From assembly GCA_965277805.1 (NCBI GenBank), contig OZ255842.1, positions 2,048,001 through 2,112,000 on the forward strand: 64,000 nt of DNA, given 5' to 3'. The translations under genes were made by a program, and so were the position numbers. Within the stretch, counting starts at the first letter, position 1. Each line of letters starts with the position of its first letter. Below the pieces are notes generated by a model. It made no database searches. It saw only the letters and a program-made list of their open reading frames with translations, and was not told the origin of the DNA. Shown here one piece after another: positions 19,530-29,677 of the stretch. Source of the stretch: Candidatus Lustribacter sp. (GTDB taxonomy: Bacteria > Vulcanimicrobiota > Vulcanimicrobiia > Vulcanimicrobiales > Vulcanimicrobiaceae).

Positions 19530-20297
19530 ATGACACAGCTTGCGTTCCAAAAATTCGGAACCGGACCCAAGGTGGTTTTGGGGCTGCACGGCTGGCATGG
19601 CGGCCGTTGGAGTTTCGAACCGCTTCTGCCGTCACTCGACCTCGAGAATTTCACCTGGATCTGCCCCGAGTTCCGAGGATATGGCCAGTCCTCACATCTC
19701 AGCGGGCAATTCACCATGGCCGAAGCCGCGCGTGACTGCGCTGAGATCCTCAGGGCCGAAGGCATCGAGCATTGCTATTTACTCGGTCACTCGATGGGCG
19801 CAAAGATCGCACAGTTGATCGCTCTTGACGGCGGCATCGTCGTCGATGGGCTGCTGGCGGTTACGCCCGTCCCGGCCAACGGCGTACCTTTCGATCAGGC
19901 GACGTTCAATTTTTTCTCCGAATCGACGCGCTCCTCCGACGGCGTAAAACGTGTGCTCGAGAATGCAACGGCTGGACGTCTTGGCAACGCCTGGCTCCAA
20001 CGACAAGCCGAACTCACGTTTGCGAACAGCAGTCCCGACGTGCTCCTCACGTATTTCAAGGACTGGGCGAACGACGACTTCAGCCATCGAGTGAAAGGCC
20101 TAGCCGTCAAGACCCTGGTGATCATCGGCCAACACGATCAGTCGATCTCCCAACCGGTTATGGAGCACACCTACCTCGCTTGGCTACCGAATTGTGCGCT
20201 TGAGACGGTTGATGGCGCCGGACACTATCCGATGGACGAGGCTCCGCTGAGGCTCGGCGCTCTGATCGACCGATTTCTTTCGAGCGCGAGCGTTTGA
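19530..20297 (+). CDS. Alpha/beta hydrolase
   Basis: LHGW, RGYGQS, GHSMG, AGHYP; GGAG SD before ATG 19530. Confidence 0.88.
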   Translation: MTQLAFQKFGTGPKVVLGLHGWHGGRWSFEPLLPSLDLENFTWICPEFRGYGQSSHLSGQFTMAEAARDCAEILRAEGIEHCYLLGHSMGAKIAQLIALDGGIVVDGLLAVTPVPANGVPFDQATFNFFSESTRSSDGVKRVLENATAGRLGNAWLQRQAELTFANSSPDVLLTYFKDWANDDFSHRVKGLAVKTLVIIGQHDQSISQPVMEHTYLAWLPNCALETVDGAGHYPMDEAPLRLGALIDRFLSSASV

Positions 20298-20332
20298 GGG
20301 GATAGAGCCCAGCCCATCGGAGGATTTCACTG

Positions 20333-21301
20333 ATGCTCACTGTCAAGAACCCCGTGCGCGTTCCACCGGCGATGCGCTCGCGCCTCATGCTGGAAGCGGT
20401 GTCCGAGTTAGTCGCCGCTGATGAATGGCCGCAGAGGCAGGTTATGATTCTCATGCGCGCGCAGGGTGATTCGCAGTGGCGAACCCGCTTTTTTGCGAGC
20501 GATTCGCCGCAATCCGTAGACGCGGTTATCAACGGCGAGGCGGATATCGCGATCTGCAATCCCGGCGGCGTGCTCGGCATGGCTTTGCGCGGCAGCGGTC
20601 CCTTCAAAAAGGCGTACCCGCTCCGCTCGATCATGGTTATCCCGCAATTCGATCAGCTCGCATTTGCGCTAAGCGCAAAAACGCCGATCACATCGTTCGG
20701 CGAGCTCAAACGTACTCGATATCCGCTTAAGGTTTCACTGCGGGGACAGCCCGATCACTCGGTGCACTTCGTCTGCAATCACGTGCTCAGCGTGTACGGG
20801 ATTTCCCTAAGCGACATCGAGTCCTGGGGCGGTAAGGTTCTGTATACCGAAGGGCTACCATTCGTTGACGAACGGCTTGGTGCCGTGGAGCGCGGCGAGA
20901 TCGATGCGGTCTTTGATGAAGCCCTGCCGCTCTGGGGTCCACGGGCGATCGATATGGGCATGCGCTTCCTGCCGGTCGACGAGCCGGAACTTGCGACGCT
21001 TGAAGCGGACGGGCTCAAGCGCGCGGCGATTACTGATGAAGAATATCCCGGCCTCGGGAAAACGGTGTGGACGGTCGATTTCAGCGGCTGGCCCGTATTC
21101 TGTCTCGATACAGCGCCTGACGAGATGATCTACAATTTTTGTGCGGCGCTTGAAGCGCGGAAAGACCGGATACCTTGGTTCGGCTCGGGTCCGCTGCCGC
21201 TCGAGAAACTGTGCCGGGACAGCAAAGAAGGCTCGCTTTTCCTGCCGCTTCATCCGGGGGCCGAACGCTTCTGGCGCGAGCGCGGCTATCTGACGAAATG
21301 A
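20333..21301 (+). CDS. TAXI-like solute-binding-fold protein lacking a signal peptide
   Basis: GEADIAICNP, YGISLSDIESWGG, GEIDAVFD, C-terminal PLHPGAERFWRERGYL typical of TAXI proteins. Confidence 0.7.
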   Translation: MLTVKNPVRVPPAMRSRLMLEAVSELVAADEWPQRQVMILMRAQGDSQWRTRFFASDSPQSVDAVINGEADIAICNPGGVLGMALRGSGPFKKAYPLRSIMVIPQFDQLAFALSAKTPITSFGELKRTRYPLKVSLRGQPDHSVHFVCNHVLSVYGISLSDIESWGGKVLYTEGLPFVDERLGAVERGEIDAVFDEALPLWGPRAIDMGMRFLPVDEPELATLEADGLKRAAITDEEYPGLGKTVWTVDFSGWPVFCLDTAPDEMIYNFCAALEARKDRIPWFGSGPLPLEKLCRDSKEGSLFLPLHPGAERFWRERGYLTK

Positions 21302-22254
21302 CGCCATCGCGCACAATCGACGTCCATGCGCATGCTTTTAGTGCGACCTACGTCGATCTACTCGAAAAGTTCGGCGCTGCGAAAGAAGCCGTCTTCTCTG
21401 CCCGTCACGTACTCGCCGCGGCCTCCGACGCGGGCTTGACAGAGCGGCTCGCGAGAATGGACCAAGGCGGCGTCAAACGCCAAATCCTCTCGATGGCAGC
21501 GGCCACGCCGTACTTCGACGATGTCGCAGCGGGCGTTCACGCTTCCCGCTTCCTGAACGACGAGCTGGCGGGACTGTGCCGTAAGCATCCTTCACGGTTC
21601 TCTTTTTTCGCGACGCTGCCCATGCCGCACGTTGATGCCTCCCTGAAGGAGCTCGACCGCGCGCTCGCCGGGCCGGGAGCCGTCGGCGTGACCTTCACGA
21701 CCAACATTCGCGGCCGTTCGCTAACCGATCCCGCATTCTCGGACGTGTTCGCCGAACTCGACCGCCGCGGTTCGGTCGTCTTTCTTCATCCGCCCGGATA
21801 CGGGTGCGCGTCAGCTCTCATCCGTGAAAGCAACCTTTCTTGGGCACTCGGCGCGCCGGTTGAAGATGCTTTATGCGCATTGCAGCTCATGCAAGCCGAC
21901 TTCCCGCGCCGCTATCCGAATGTGAAGATCATCTTGCCGCACTTGGCGGGATTTCTTGCGCATCTGCGCTTTCGTTTTGATCGCAGCCCGGAGCTGCTTG
22001 GGCCCGGCGGGGAATTGCCGAGCACGCAAATGCGAAAATTCTGGTACGATAGCAGCAACGGCGAGCCCGAATCGCTAAAGCACGCTGTAACCGCGTTCGG
22101 CGTCGACCGCATCCTGTTGGGCACGGATTACCCCTATTGGATCGGGCCGGATTACGATCACTCGGTCACGTACCCGGCCTTGGCCGGCCTCGAGGACGGC
22201 GAAGTTGCTGCAATCCAATACGGCAATGCGCGTTCGTTACTGGGCGTTACGTGA
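21298..22254 (+). CDS. Amidohydrolase_2 family protein
   Basis: IDVHAH, FLHP, PHLAG, GTDYP; ATGA coupling to the upstream gene. Confidence 0.88.
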   Translation: MTPSRTIDVHAHAFSATYVDLLEKFGAAKEAVFSARHVLAAASDAGLTERLARMDQGGVKRQILSMAAATPYFDDVAAGVHASRFLNDELAGLCRKHPSRFSFFATLPMPHVDASLKELDRALAGPGAVGVTFTTNIRGRSLTDPAFSDVFAELDRRGSVVFLHPPGYGCASALIRESNLSWALGAPVEDALCALQLMQADFPRRYPNVKIILPHLAGFLAHLRFRFDRSPELLGPGGELPSTQMRKFWYDSSNGEPESLKHAVTAFGVDRILLGTDYPYWIGPDYDHSVTYPALAGLEDGEVAAIQYGNARSLLGVT

Positions 22255-22279
22255 CGCCAGGTCTGCCGGCCTAAAAGCG

Positions 22280-23491
22280 TTAGTGTCCGGCGAGCGGAAT
22301 TCCGCGCGGACGGCTCGCCCGAACGAAGTCATCTTTCTTCGCGTCCCACTCGGCCATCTCGAGGCCGTTTTCACCGATTCCGCGCTGGTCCCCCGAACTG
22401 AAATCATAGATTCCGTTGATTCCGACCCAGCCGTGCAGGTGCACGATGTAGTCGTGAATCTGGTTCGCCGTTGCGTCCGGTCCAAGATGCCGCAAGGCGC
22501 CCACGAAGATCATAATGGGGTCCCACGCTAGGTCCGTGGCGACGTCAGCGCGCACTCCCACGCGTTTCATCGAAGTGATGTGCACACGTTGCGCATCGCG
22601 AACGGGGCCCGGCGGAGTCTCGTTCGGCGTCATGGCGGTTGGCGCCGAAAAGAATAGTCGTTTGGGAAGAAACGCGCCCATGCCGTGCAACTGACCGTAG
22701 ACCATATTTGATCCGGAGATTTGCACCGGCACGGTATTACCCGCATCATTGAGCGCGCGCAACACGGTCGCAACCGGCGTACCGGTAGCCCACACAAGAA
22801 TCGCGTCGGGTTTTGCAGCTTCAATGGTTGCGATTTGTGCGGTGACGCTGACGTCGGACGGCGCAAAATTCTGGTGAGCGACGATAGTGACGCCGCGATT
22901 TTCAGGTTCTGCCACCGCGGCGATCGTTTGCACGTCTTGCTGCTGACTGGATGCGTCTGTCGCGGCGATCAAGGCGAGTCGCGTCCAACTGCGGAGCCGG
23001 AAGTATCGAATAACGACGTGCACGACCGAATTGGTGTTCGCATTCGTCGAAAACCCGTAGCTAAAGGGCGGCGGGCTAAAGGCCGGTGACAGGCAGTAAT
23101 CGACCGGCCCTCCCTTCGCGATTAGCGGCAACGAGGCGTTACAGACGGGTGCGGGCCCGCCATCAAAAAACAACGTTGCGTGGCGATCGATAAAGCCTTG
23201 TACGATTTGCAGCGCAACCGGCCCCGATGTTTGCGAATCAGCTGTCGTGATCTTGAGCGGGCGACCGCGAATGCCACCGGTCTCATTGACGAGAAGTTCA
23301 GCAGCGCGAAATGCGTTGGCGAATGACGCCCCGATGAAAGCGCCGCCGCCCGTTAGCGGAATCACGGCATTGATCTCGACCGGAGCTACGCTCGTCGGAG
23401 CTGCTGCCCCAAGCATCGTCGCCAGACCAAATAACGCGAGCGCCATGCGCACGTGAAGCGCTTTGCAGATCATGAACGCACGGGTCTGCAT
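22280..23491 (-). CDS. ABC solute-binding protein, LivJ type; close paralog of 1313..2527
   Basis: Long shared blocks such as FRAAE.LVNETGGI.GRPLKI and GIYDFSSGDQRGIG.NGLEMA.WDAKKDDFVR. Confidence 0.9.
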   Translation of the reverse strand: MQTRAFMICKALHVRMALALFGLATMLGAAAPTSVAPVEINAVIPLTGGGAFIGASFANAFRAAELLVNETGGIRGRPLKITTADSQTSGPVALQIVQGFIDRHATLFFDGGPAPVCNASLPLIAKGGPVDYCLSPAFSPPPFSYGFSTNANTNSVVHVVIRYFRLRSWTRLALIAATDASSQQQDVQTIAAVAEPENRGVTIVAHQNFAPSDVSVTAQIATIEAAKPDAILVWATGTPVATVLRALNDAGNTVPVQISGSNMVYGQLHGMGAFLPKRLFFSAPTAMTPNETPPGPVRDAQRVHITSMKRVGVRADVATDLAWDPIMIFVGALRHLGPDATANQIHDYIVHLHGWVGINGIYDFSSGDQRGIGENGLEMAEWDAKKDDFVRASRPRGIPLAGH

Positions 23492-23495
23492 CGAA

Positions 23496-24542
23496 CTACA
23501 CCAGTACGTTCTCGGGTTGCTGTTCATTTTTCAGCATTGCATCGATCGTTCGGCGCATGCTGACGCGTGCGCCATCCGTGTGAGTGTTCACTAACCCTTC
23601 TTCCTCACCGAGCTCGGTATAGCGGAGCTGCTGCTCTTCGATCATGACCTTATCTTCGGCGATGACCGCTCGCGTCGTCTCTAGAGCGCGTTCGGCGGTG
23701 TGAGGATCGTCGTGCCCGAATCCCGTGGCGATTGACAAAAAGTACGTGCAGGTCGTCGCGGTTTCCGGAGTTATTCCATGGAAAACCCGTATGTTAAATC
23801 CGCCGTCGCGGTGCCCTCGATCGTAGGCGCCCGTGTTGGCATCGACCGCGCCGGCCCAGTGCTTGACCACGCTAGGTGCGATCAACTCGAACTCTTGCCA
23901 GCGGTCGACGTTGCCGGAGAACGGGACCTGCATTTGAATCATCGGTGATGGCGGCCCGTCGAGAATCCAACGCGTAAACTTGAGGCCGCGCGGCGTCAGT
24001 TCGGTCGCCGTTTTGGCATCAGCATGGGCGCTTGGTACGCCACCGATCGTCGGATGATGCACGTAACCGACGTGCGTAAGATCCATGAGGTTGTCGATCA
24101 GGAGAATCCAACTCGCCTTGATCGGTACGGCCATTTTTCGATACGGCCAGTTCGCCGGGTCGCTGTGGAACGGATAGTCGACGATCAAGCTCGGATCGGC
24201 GACGGCATCTCCCATCCAAATCCAGATGATCGCGTTCTTTTCGACTACGGGAAAACTTCGCACCGCAGTCGCCGGCGGAATGTGCGTTTGTCCGGGGATA
24301 GCCACGCATTTGCCTGCGCCGTTAAAGACGAGACCATGGTAGCCGCATTCCAATCCACCCGCCGTGACCTGGCCACGACTCAACGGAGCCGCCCGATGAC
24401 AGCACCGGTCGAGTAGGGCCGCCGGCGCACCGTCAGCACTCCGAAATAAAACCACCGGAACGTCGCAGATTCGTCGAGCGATCGGATTTTCACCGAGTTC
24501 GTCAGCCCAGGTCGCAACGTACCATGCATTTTTTACGAGCAT
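23496..24542 (-). CDS. Rieske oxygenase alpha subunit, VanA-like
   Basis: MLVKNAWYVATW, CCHR...CGYH, DNLMDLTHVGYVH; GGAG SD. Confidence 0.9.
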   Translation of the reverse strand: MLVKNAWYVATWADELGENPIARRICDVPVVLFRSADGAPAALLDRCCHRAAPLSRGQVTAGGLECGYHGLVFNGAGKCVAIPGQTHIPPATAVRSFPVVEKNAIIWIWMGDAVADPSLIVDYPFHSDPANWPYRKMAVPIKASWILLIDNLMDLTHVGYVHHPTIGGVPSAHADAKTATELTPRGLKFTRWILDGPPSPMIQMQVPFSGNVDRWQEFELIAPSVVKHWAGAVDANTGAYDRGHRDGGFNIRVFHGITPETATTCTYFLSIATGFGHDDPHTAERALETTRAVIAEDKVMIEEQQLRYTELGEEEGLVNTHTDGARVSMRRTIDAMLKNEQQPENVLV

Positions 24543-24580
24543 GTTCATCTCCAGCGTGGCGCAGATAGGGGCGCTTCGTG

Positions 24581-25489
24581 CTAGTGTTTCAGCCGACCGG
24601 ATGCCGCGAAGGGGAAAATGCCCGGACGTCCGTCTGCTCCCGATTTGGGTCGTGCCAGGATATCCTCGCGCAACGCGTTCCGATCGTATGCGTGCACGCG
24701 CTCGACCGATGTCGCGTCGAGCCCCGGCAACGCTGCCCAGTCGATCTCGGCATGCGAGCGGGTCGCGCGTGACGCGATCCATTGCTCGAAGGCGAGGTAT
24801 GTTGGACGCACGTTTGCGAGGTAGTCGTCCGCTTCGGCGCGATCGACACCGAGTTCTTGAAGAATGCGTGTGTCCAGATCCTCGGACGCAAGCTCGTATG
24901 TTTGCGGCAATGCGTTCGCGGCCCGCAGGGTGGCCTTGAGCCAAAGGCGCGGCAAATGTGGAATCCCAAGTGTACCGGTGTCCAGCGGACTGATGCCGGG
25001 GACGAGTCGCTCGTCGAATCCTTCGGCGAACACTTGATGGTGAATCGCGTGCCAGTCGTCGTAATTGTTCAACATAATGGAGTTTTGCACCGACGCGTCG
25101 AGATGCAGAAACGCTTGAAATTGTTCGTTTAGCCCCGATGGCAGCGGAACGGTGAGCAGCACGGCGTTGGATCGCGCGATCGATTCGGCATGGAGGTCGC
25201 TCGCATTCGCAACGATCCATGCTTCAGCGCCGGCATAGGTGGGGAGCTCACGCGTCAGCCAATCCATACAGGAGACCTTGTCGACGCCGATGTGATCCAT
25301 CATTCGCTTGTCCAGACCTTGGGCGCCGCAGCCCCAATCGTCGGCCAAGGCGTCCTTGGCGTGCAGCAGCGCCTTCAGCCACATACGCGGCAAATGAAGC
25401 AACCCCAATGGCCCCGTCGTGTACGAGCTGATAACGGGCACTCGCTTGCCTGCCGCTACCGTACTCCCCCGGTAGGGAGGCTGAGACAT
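24581..25489 (-). CDS. Tandem DUF5069-like domain protein
   Basis: Two copies of VP.IS...G.LG..HLPR.WLKA ... PTY...E.WI. Confidence 0.65.
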   Translation of the reverse strand: MSQPPYRGSTVAAGKRVPVISSYTTGPLGLLHLPRMWLKALLHAKDALADDWGCGAQGLDKRMMDHIGVDKVSCMDWLTRELPTYAGAEAWIVANASDLHAESIARSNAVLLTVPLPSGLNEQFQAFLHLDASVQNSIMLNNYDDWHAIHHQVFAEGFDERLVPGISPLDTGTLGIPHLPRLWLKATLRAANALPQTYELASEDLDTRILQELGVDRAEADDYLANVRPTYLAFEQWIASRATRSHAEIDWAALPGLDATSVERVHAYDRNALREDILARPKSGADGRPGIFPFAASGRLKH

Positions 25490-25540
25490 ATCGACCACTT
25501 CGAACCTCCAGCCACTTGATCTGGCCAGAAGGTTTTTTAT

Positions 25541-25556
25541 TACGTAATCGATTATC
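25541..25556. promoter_or_regulatory. Third, degenerate copy of the CGTAATCGATTACG operator
   Basis: TACGTAATCGATTATC in a divergent intergenic region; 12/14 match. Confidence 0.65.
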
Positions 25557-25567
25557 CTTTGCGTAAC

Positions 25568-26752
25568 ATGTTGCAAAAACGCAAATTCCTGGCCAGCTTT
25601 GCCCTCGCGCTCGCCGTCATCGGGGGCCTATCTGCCCAGGCCCCGCCGGCTGCACCCTACGATTTGCACGTCATTTTGCCGTTGACCGGCGGCGGAGCGT
25701 TTAACGGCCAGGCCGACCGCGATACCTTCGAAATCCTGGCGCAAATGGTCAACGCGTCAGGGGGGATCAAGGGCCGCCCGGTTCACTTCGTGTACCACGA
25801 CGATCAGACGAGTCCGCAGGTCGCCGTGCAACTGACGAACGACATTCTCGCGCTGCATCCGGCTGCAATCTTAGGATCGAGCCTCGTCGGGATGTGCGCC
25901 GCAATGGCGCCGCTGTTGAAAAGCGGTCCCGTTGACTACTGCCTATCGCCCGCGCTCCCAAATACGGAAAAGTTCACCTTTTCGGCGGGAACCTCGCCGA
26001 ACGACGACACCTGGGCCAACCTCCGCTACTTCCGGGCGAAAGGCTGGACGAAGATCGCAACGATAAGCAGCACCGACGCTTCAGGACAGGGATTCGATCG
26101 CTCTCTGCCCCCGATACTCGCGCTCCCGGAAAACAAGGACGTTACCGTCGTCGATCGTGAGACGTTCAATCCCAGCGATATCAGTGTCGCGGCCCAAAGT
26201 GCACATCTGAAGGCATCCGGCGCTCAGGCCATCCTGGTCGGTGCGACCGGGGCGCCGGTTGCGACGGTGCTGCGAAGCCTCTACGAAGCGGGAATCGACA
26301 AGCCGATTGCAATCACCGCGGGCAACGAGCTGTTCGCGCTCATGCGTCAATGGAAGGACTTTCTGCCCAAGAACCTCGTGCTGGAGTCATCCGCGTTTCC
26401 CGAACATCAGGGGCTCTGGAAATTCGACGCTCGAGTCGAGGCGGCCCAACACGCGATGTACGCGGAGCTTGCGAAGCATGGTATGAAAGCCGACAACGGC
26501 ATAGCGACTTCGTGGGACGCGGGTCTTATCGTTATCGACGCCCTCAAAGCCTTAGGACCTGACGCCACCGCCGATCAAGTTCGGAGTTACATCCTCAACC
26601 TCGCGGATTTTCCCGGCATCGACGGCATGTATAACTTCAAGGCCCACCCGGACCGAGGTCTCGGAGTCGAGAGCGCGATCATGGTGCGTTATGACGCCAA
26701 AACTAACGCCTGGATATGGCTCACGCAACCGGGCGGCGCTCCGCTAAAATAG
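25568..26752 (+). CDS. ABC solute-binding protein, LivJ type
   Basis: Signal peptide; LPLTGGGAF, VNASGGIKGRP, GPVDYCLSP. Confidence 0.9.
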   Translation: MLQKRKFLASFALALAVIGGLSAQAPPAAPYDLHVILPLTGGGAFNGQADRDTFEILAQMVNASGGIKGRPVHFVYHDDQTSPQVAVQLTNDILALHPAAILGSSLVGMCAAMAPLLKSGPVDYCLSPALPNTEKFTFSAGTSPNDDTWANLRYFRAKGWTKIATISSTDASGQGFDRSLPPILALPENKDVTVVDRETFNPSDISVAAQSAHLKASGAQAILVGATGAPVATVLRSLYEAGIDKPIAITAGNELFALMRQWKDFLPKNLVLESSAFPEHQGLWKFDARVEAAQHAMYAELAKHGMKADNGIATSWDAGLIVIDALKALGPDATADQVRSYILNLADFPGIDGMYNFKAHPDRGLGVESAIMVRYDAKTNAWIWLTQPGGAPLK

Positions 26753-26840
26753 CACGCCGCGCGCGAACGTCACAGACCAGAATCGCGACAGCCGCCCTTA
26801 GCCGGCGATCTCCGAACTAGCAGCGATCGGCACCGGCCCG

Positions 26841-26865
26841 CGTCATTCCGAGCTTGTCGAGGAAC
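26841..26865 (+). repeat. Single CGTC-tagged REP-like palindrome
   Basis: CGTC-ATTCC-GAGCTTGTCGA-GGAAC hairpin; only one copy seen in the window. Confidence 0.45.
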
Positions 26866-26949
26866 CGCAACCATCGGCGGCGCGCAATTCGCACGTCGCC
26901 AAGACCGAACACCGAGATCGGTCGCCTGCGCAGCCTTCGGTAGGATCCC

Positions 26950-27456
26950 GAACTTGCGCAACATCCAGTGCCGGCTGAATATCGGCGACGCGCAGTTGGT
27001 CTGCGAAGGGGCATCGTACCATCCCGCGGATGATATCGACGTCCGTCTTTGCATATTTCGCGAGGATTAGGGCCGACTCGTCGTGGTGCGCACTCGCCCA
27101 GGCCTGCGCTTCTGCGATCGCGCTTTGGAATCGCTTGACGATACCAGGGTTCTGCTGCAGAAAGGGCCGGGGTTGAGAACCAAATCGCCGACAGAATTTG
27201 CGGCGCGATCGCTTGGGTAGGGTCAGCGAGGAGACGGAGATTGCCACTAAGGCTGAATATCGACCTCTAAACCAGCCTTTGCAAAGAACCCCATGTCCTT
27301 TGCGTAGAAAACCTGAGCGCTGTTTTTGAGCGGGATCGCGCCGATACGCAGAACGGGGATTGTCTGCGCGTGAAGCGGGGCCGTGCTTCCGAGCCCGATG
27401 ACTACCGCGAGCGTGGCTGCAAGTTTTCGGACATGATCGAGCATAATGAACCTCAT
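26950..27456 (-). pseudogene. Degraded NMT1/SsuA-type solute-binding protein
   Basis: Intact N-terminus (VFYAKDMGFFAKAGLEVDIQP) jumps directly to C-terminal sequence (LRLLADPTQAIAP...WFST, frameshift, FLQQNPGIVKRF...IQPALDVA); centre deleted. Confidence 0.8.
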
Positions 27457-28423
27457 GGTGACCCTTTCGCCCCGACCATAATCATCTGGGCCGGGAAATC
27501 CGGGAACGGCATGTACTTCGCAGCGACATCGATTTGTGGTTGGACGTCTCGGCGGTCATCGTGTCGGCAAAATGGACGCGAACCATGGTTGCGACTGCCG
27601 CCGGGTCAGCGAGCAAATACTTGACGAGAATGCCCGCCGAGGCCGCACGATTGGAAGGATCGTTCGCCCATATGGCCGTCCGCCGCATGACGGCTGCAAA
27701 GCGTTGGACGAGGGCGGGGTGATCGCGCGCCCAGTCCGACGTAGAGAACCAGCCGGCAATAAGAAACCTACTCGCTAATGCGTCATCCTGATAACCCAAA
27801 AATCGTCCGACTTTTTTCCCTTCGCTGAGGAATGGTTCGTTCAGGGACGCCGCATCGATCCGGCCGCCTCGCAGCGCTTCAACCATCGCCGGATACGGCA
27901 GCTCTACAAACTTGACCGTTGTTGCATCGCCACCGTTGCGATCGATCCAGGCTCGGACGGCGTAGTCACCCAGTGTTCCAAGACCGGCGATCCCGACGGT
28001 CTTTCCGTTGAGATCCTTACCCGTCCGAATGGTCGACCTCGCCGCAACGTAGAGAGCACTGTTGCGCGCTTCCGGAGTCCACTCGCCGCCTGGGGCGACC
28101 AGCACGAACGGGAAGTGTTTTGTGTGCGCGATTGCTAACGGAACGATGCTCGCGAAGCCGATATCTGCTGCGCCCGATGTGACGGCGGAGGAAATCGCGC
28201 TTCCGCTCTGCACGGATTGAACGTCCACATCGAGGCCGGCCTGCGCGAAGAAGCCGAGTTCCTTGGCGTAATACACCTCCGCTCCGTTTTCAATGGGCGT
28301 CGTCATCACCCGAAGCGAGATAAGTCCCTCGCCCCGGACGCTGTAGCCGGTGAACCCTAGGTCGGTAATCAACACGAGCACGGCAGCACATACCGTCATG
28401 AAATGACGACGCATAGTGTTCAC
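27453..28423 (-). CDS. NMT1/SsuA-type solute-binding protein with an apparent 1-nt frameshift near 27549
   Basis: The shifted frame gives DVQPQIDVAAKYMPFPDFPA..., matching the C-terminus of paralog 52791, and stops in an ATGA overlap at 27453-27456. Confidence 0.8.
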
Positions 28424-29601
28424 TTTTCGAGCGGATCGCGTACTTGCGGATAGGTGGCAATTTCGGTGTTGACGTAGCCGCTACCGGCTTTGTCCGTGCG
28501 TTCGATATAGATATTCTGTGTGCAATCGCGCGTCTGCGAATCGATTTGAATCGGGCCGCGCGGGCTCTGGAGTTTGAGGCCCTTCAGGAGCGCCATCGTT
28601 TTGTCGGGATCGACGCTGCCGTTTTGTTTGGCGGTGACCGCATAGATGGCTTGCATCACGTCGTAGGTCGCAACGGTGAAGAAGTCGGCCACGCCGGCGT
28701 TCGGGTCCGCCGCGTGCATGTCGCGCTTGAACGCGTCGTTGACCGGCGACTTATGATCGAGCACATAGTTGGTCGCGGCCACGATCCCGACCGCGGCGTC
28801 GCCGAGGGCCGGCAAGCTGCTTTCCTTCACCAAATCGCCGGTGGCGAGGATCTTGATCCCGGTCTGCGGACCGCCACCCGAGTACCATGCCTTCATGAAC
28901 GGCACGCCGGACACGGTGAGAAACGCGAATACCGCTTGTGGTTTTGCATCGCGGATGCGCTGGATGTAGGCCGCAAAGTCCTTCGAGCCAACCGGCACGT
29001 GCTCTTCACCCACGACCTTGCCGCCCTTAGCTTCGAACGCGGAGCGGAACGTATTGGCCGCGTCGATGCCGGAGCTGAAGTCCGTGACGATGACGTACAC
29101 GCTCTTGATCTTCCGTTTGGCGGCCCAATCGGCGAGCGGATAGGTTTCCTGGCCCGTCGTGAAGCTGAAGCGCGCAAAGTACGGGTTGGGTTCAAGCACG
29201 CCATAGGCACCGGCGTTGACGAGCAGCGTTGGCTTTTTGGCTTGGGTCGAGATTTGGCCCGCCGCCATGGCGTTGGGCGAAAGCGTCAATCCCATTAGGT
29301 AGTCGATGCGGTCGCTCACGATCAGATCCTGCGCCAGGCGCCGGGCATTCTCGGGCGAGAGGCCGCCGTCGTCGCGTTTGATGATCTGCACCTTACGGCC
29401 GGCGACCAAATCCCCGTGCTCCTTGAAGAACGCGGCGATCGCGGCGTCGGTGTCGCGGTTCTGATCCGCATACGGTCCCGAAAACGACGCCAGGAAGCCG
29501 ATCTTGAGCGGCGGCTGGTCGGCCGAAACCGTATTCTGGACTAGACAACCGGCCAGGCCCATGGCGAGCGCGGCGCAGCGGGCAACGGGGGCAATACGCA
29601 T
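28420..29601 (-). CDS. ABC solute-binding protein, LivJ type (aromatic-acid-binding-like)
   Basis: SFSGPYAD, VAGRKVQIIKRDD, ARRLAQDLIV, SPRGPIQID...QNIYI. Confidence 0.9.
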   Translation of the reverse strand: MRIAPVARCAALAMGLAGCLVQNTVSADQPPLKIGFLASFSGPYADQNRDTDAAIAAFFKEHGDLVAGRKVQIIKRDDGGLSPENARRLAQDLIVSDRIDYLMGLTLSPNAMAAGQISTQAKKPTLLVNAGAYGVLEPNPYFARFSFTTGQETYPLADWAAKRKIKSVYVIVTDFSSGIDAANTFRSAFEAKGGKVVGEEHVPVGSKDFAAYIQRIRDAKPQAVFAFLTVSGVPFMKAWYSGGGPQTGIKILATGDLVKESSLPALGDAAVGIVAATNYVLDHKSPVNDAFKRDMHAADPNAGVADFFTVATYDVMQAIYAVTAKQNGSVDPDKTMALLKGLKLQSPRGPIQIDSQTRDCTQNIYIERTDKAGSGYVNTEIATYPQVRDPLEK

Positions 29602-29677
29602 AGTCTCTCCATCAACTCAAAGTCGAAAAATTTGACGTTGAGTAGGAATTGCTGCCGGTGGCTCGAAGTTTCCTCCC

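Noticed and set aside
24543-25220. N-terminal extension of the 574-aa ORF (apparent Rieske fusion)
   Set aside because: An Arg-rich alternative frame over the DUF5069-like gene; the real start with SD is at about 24542
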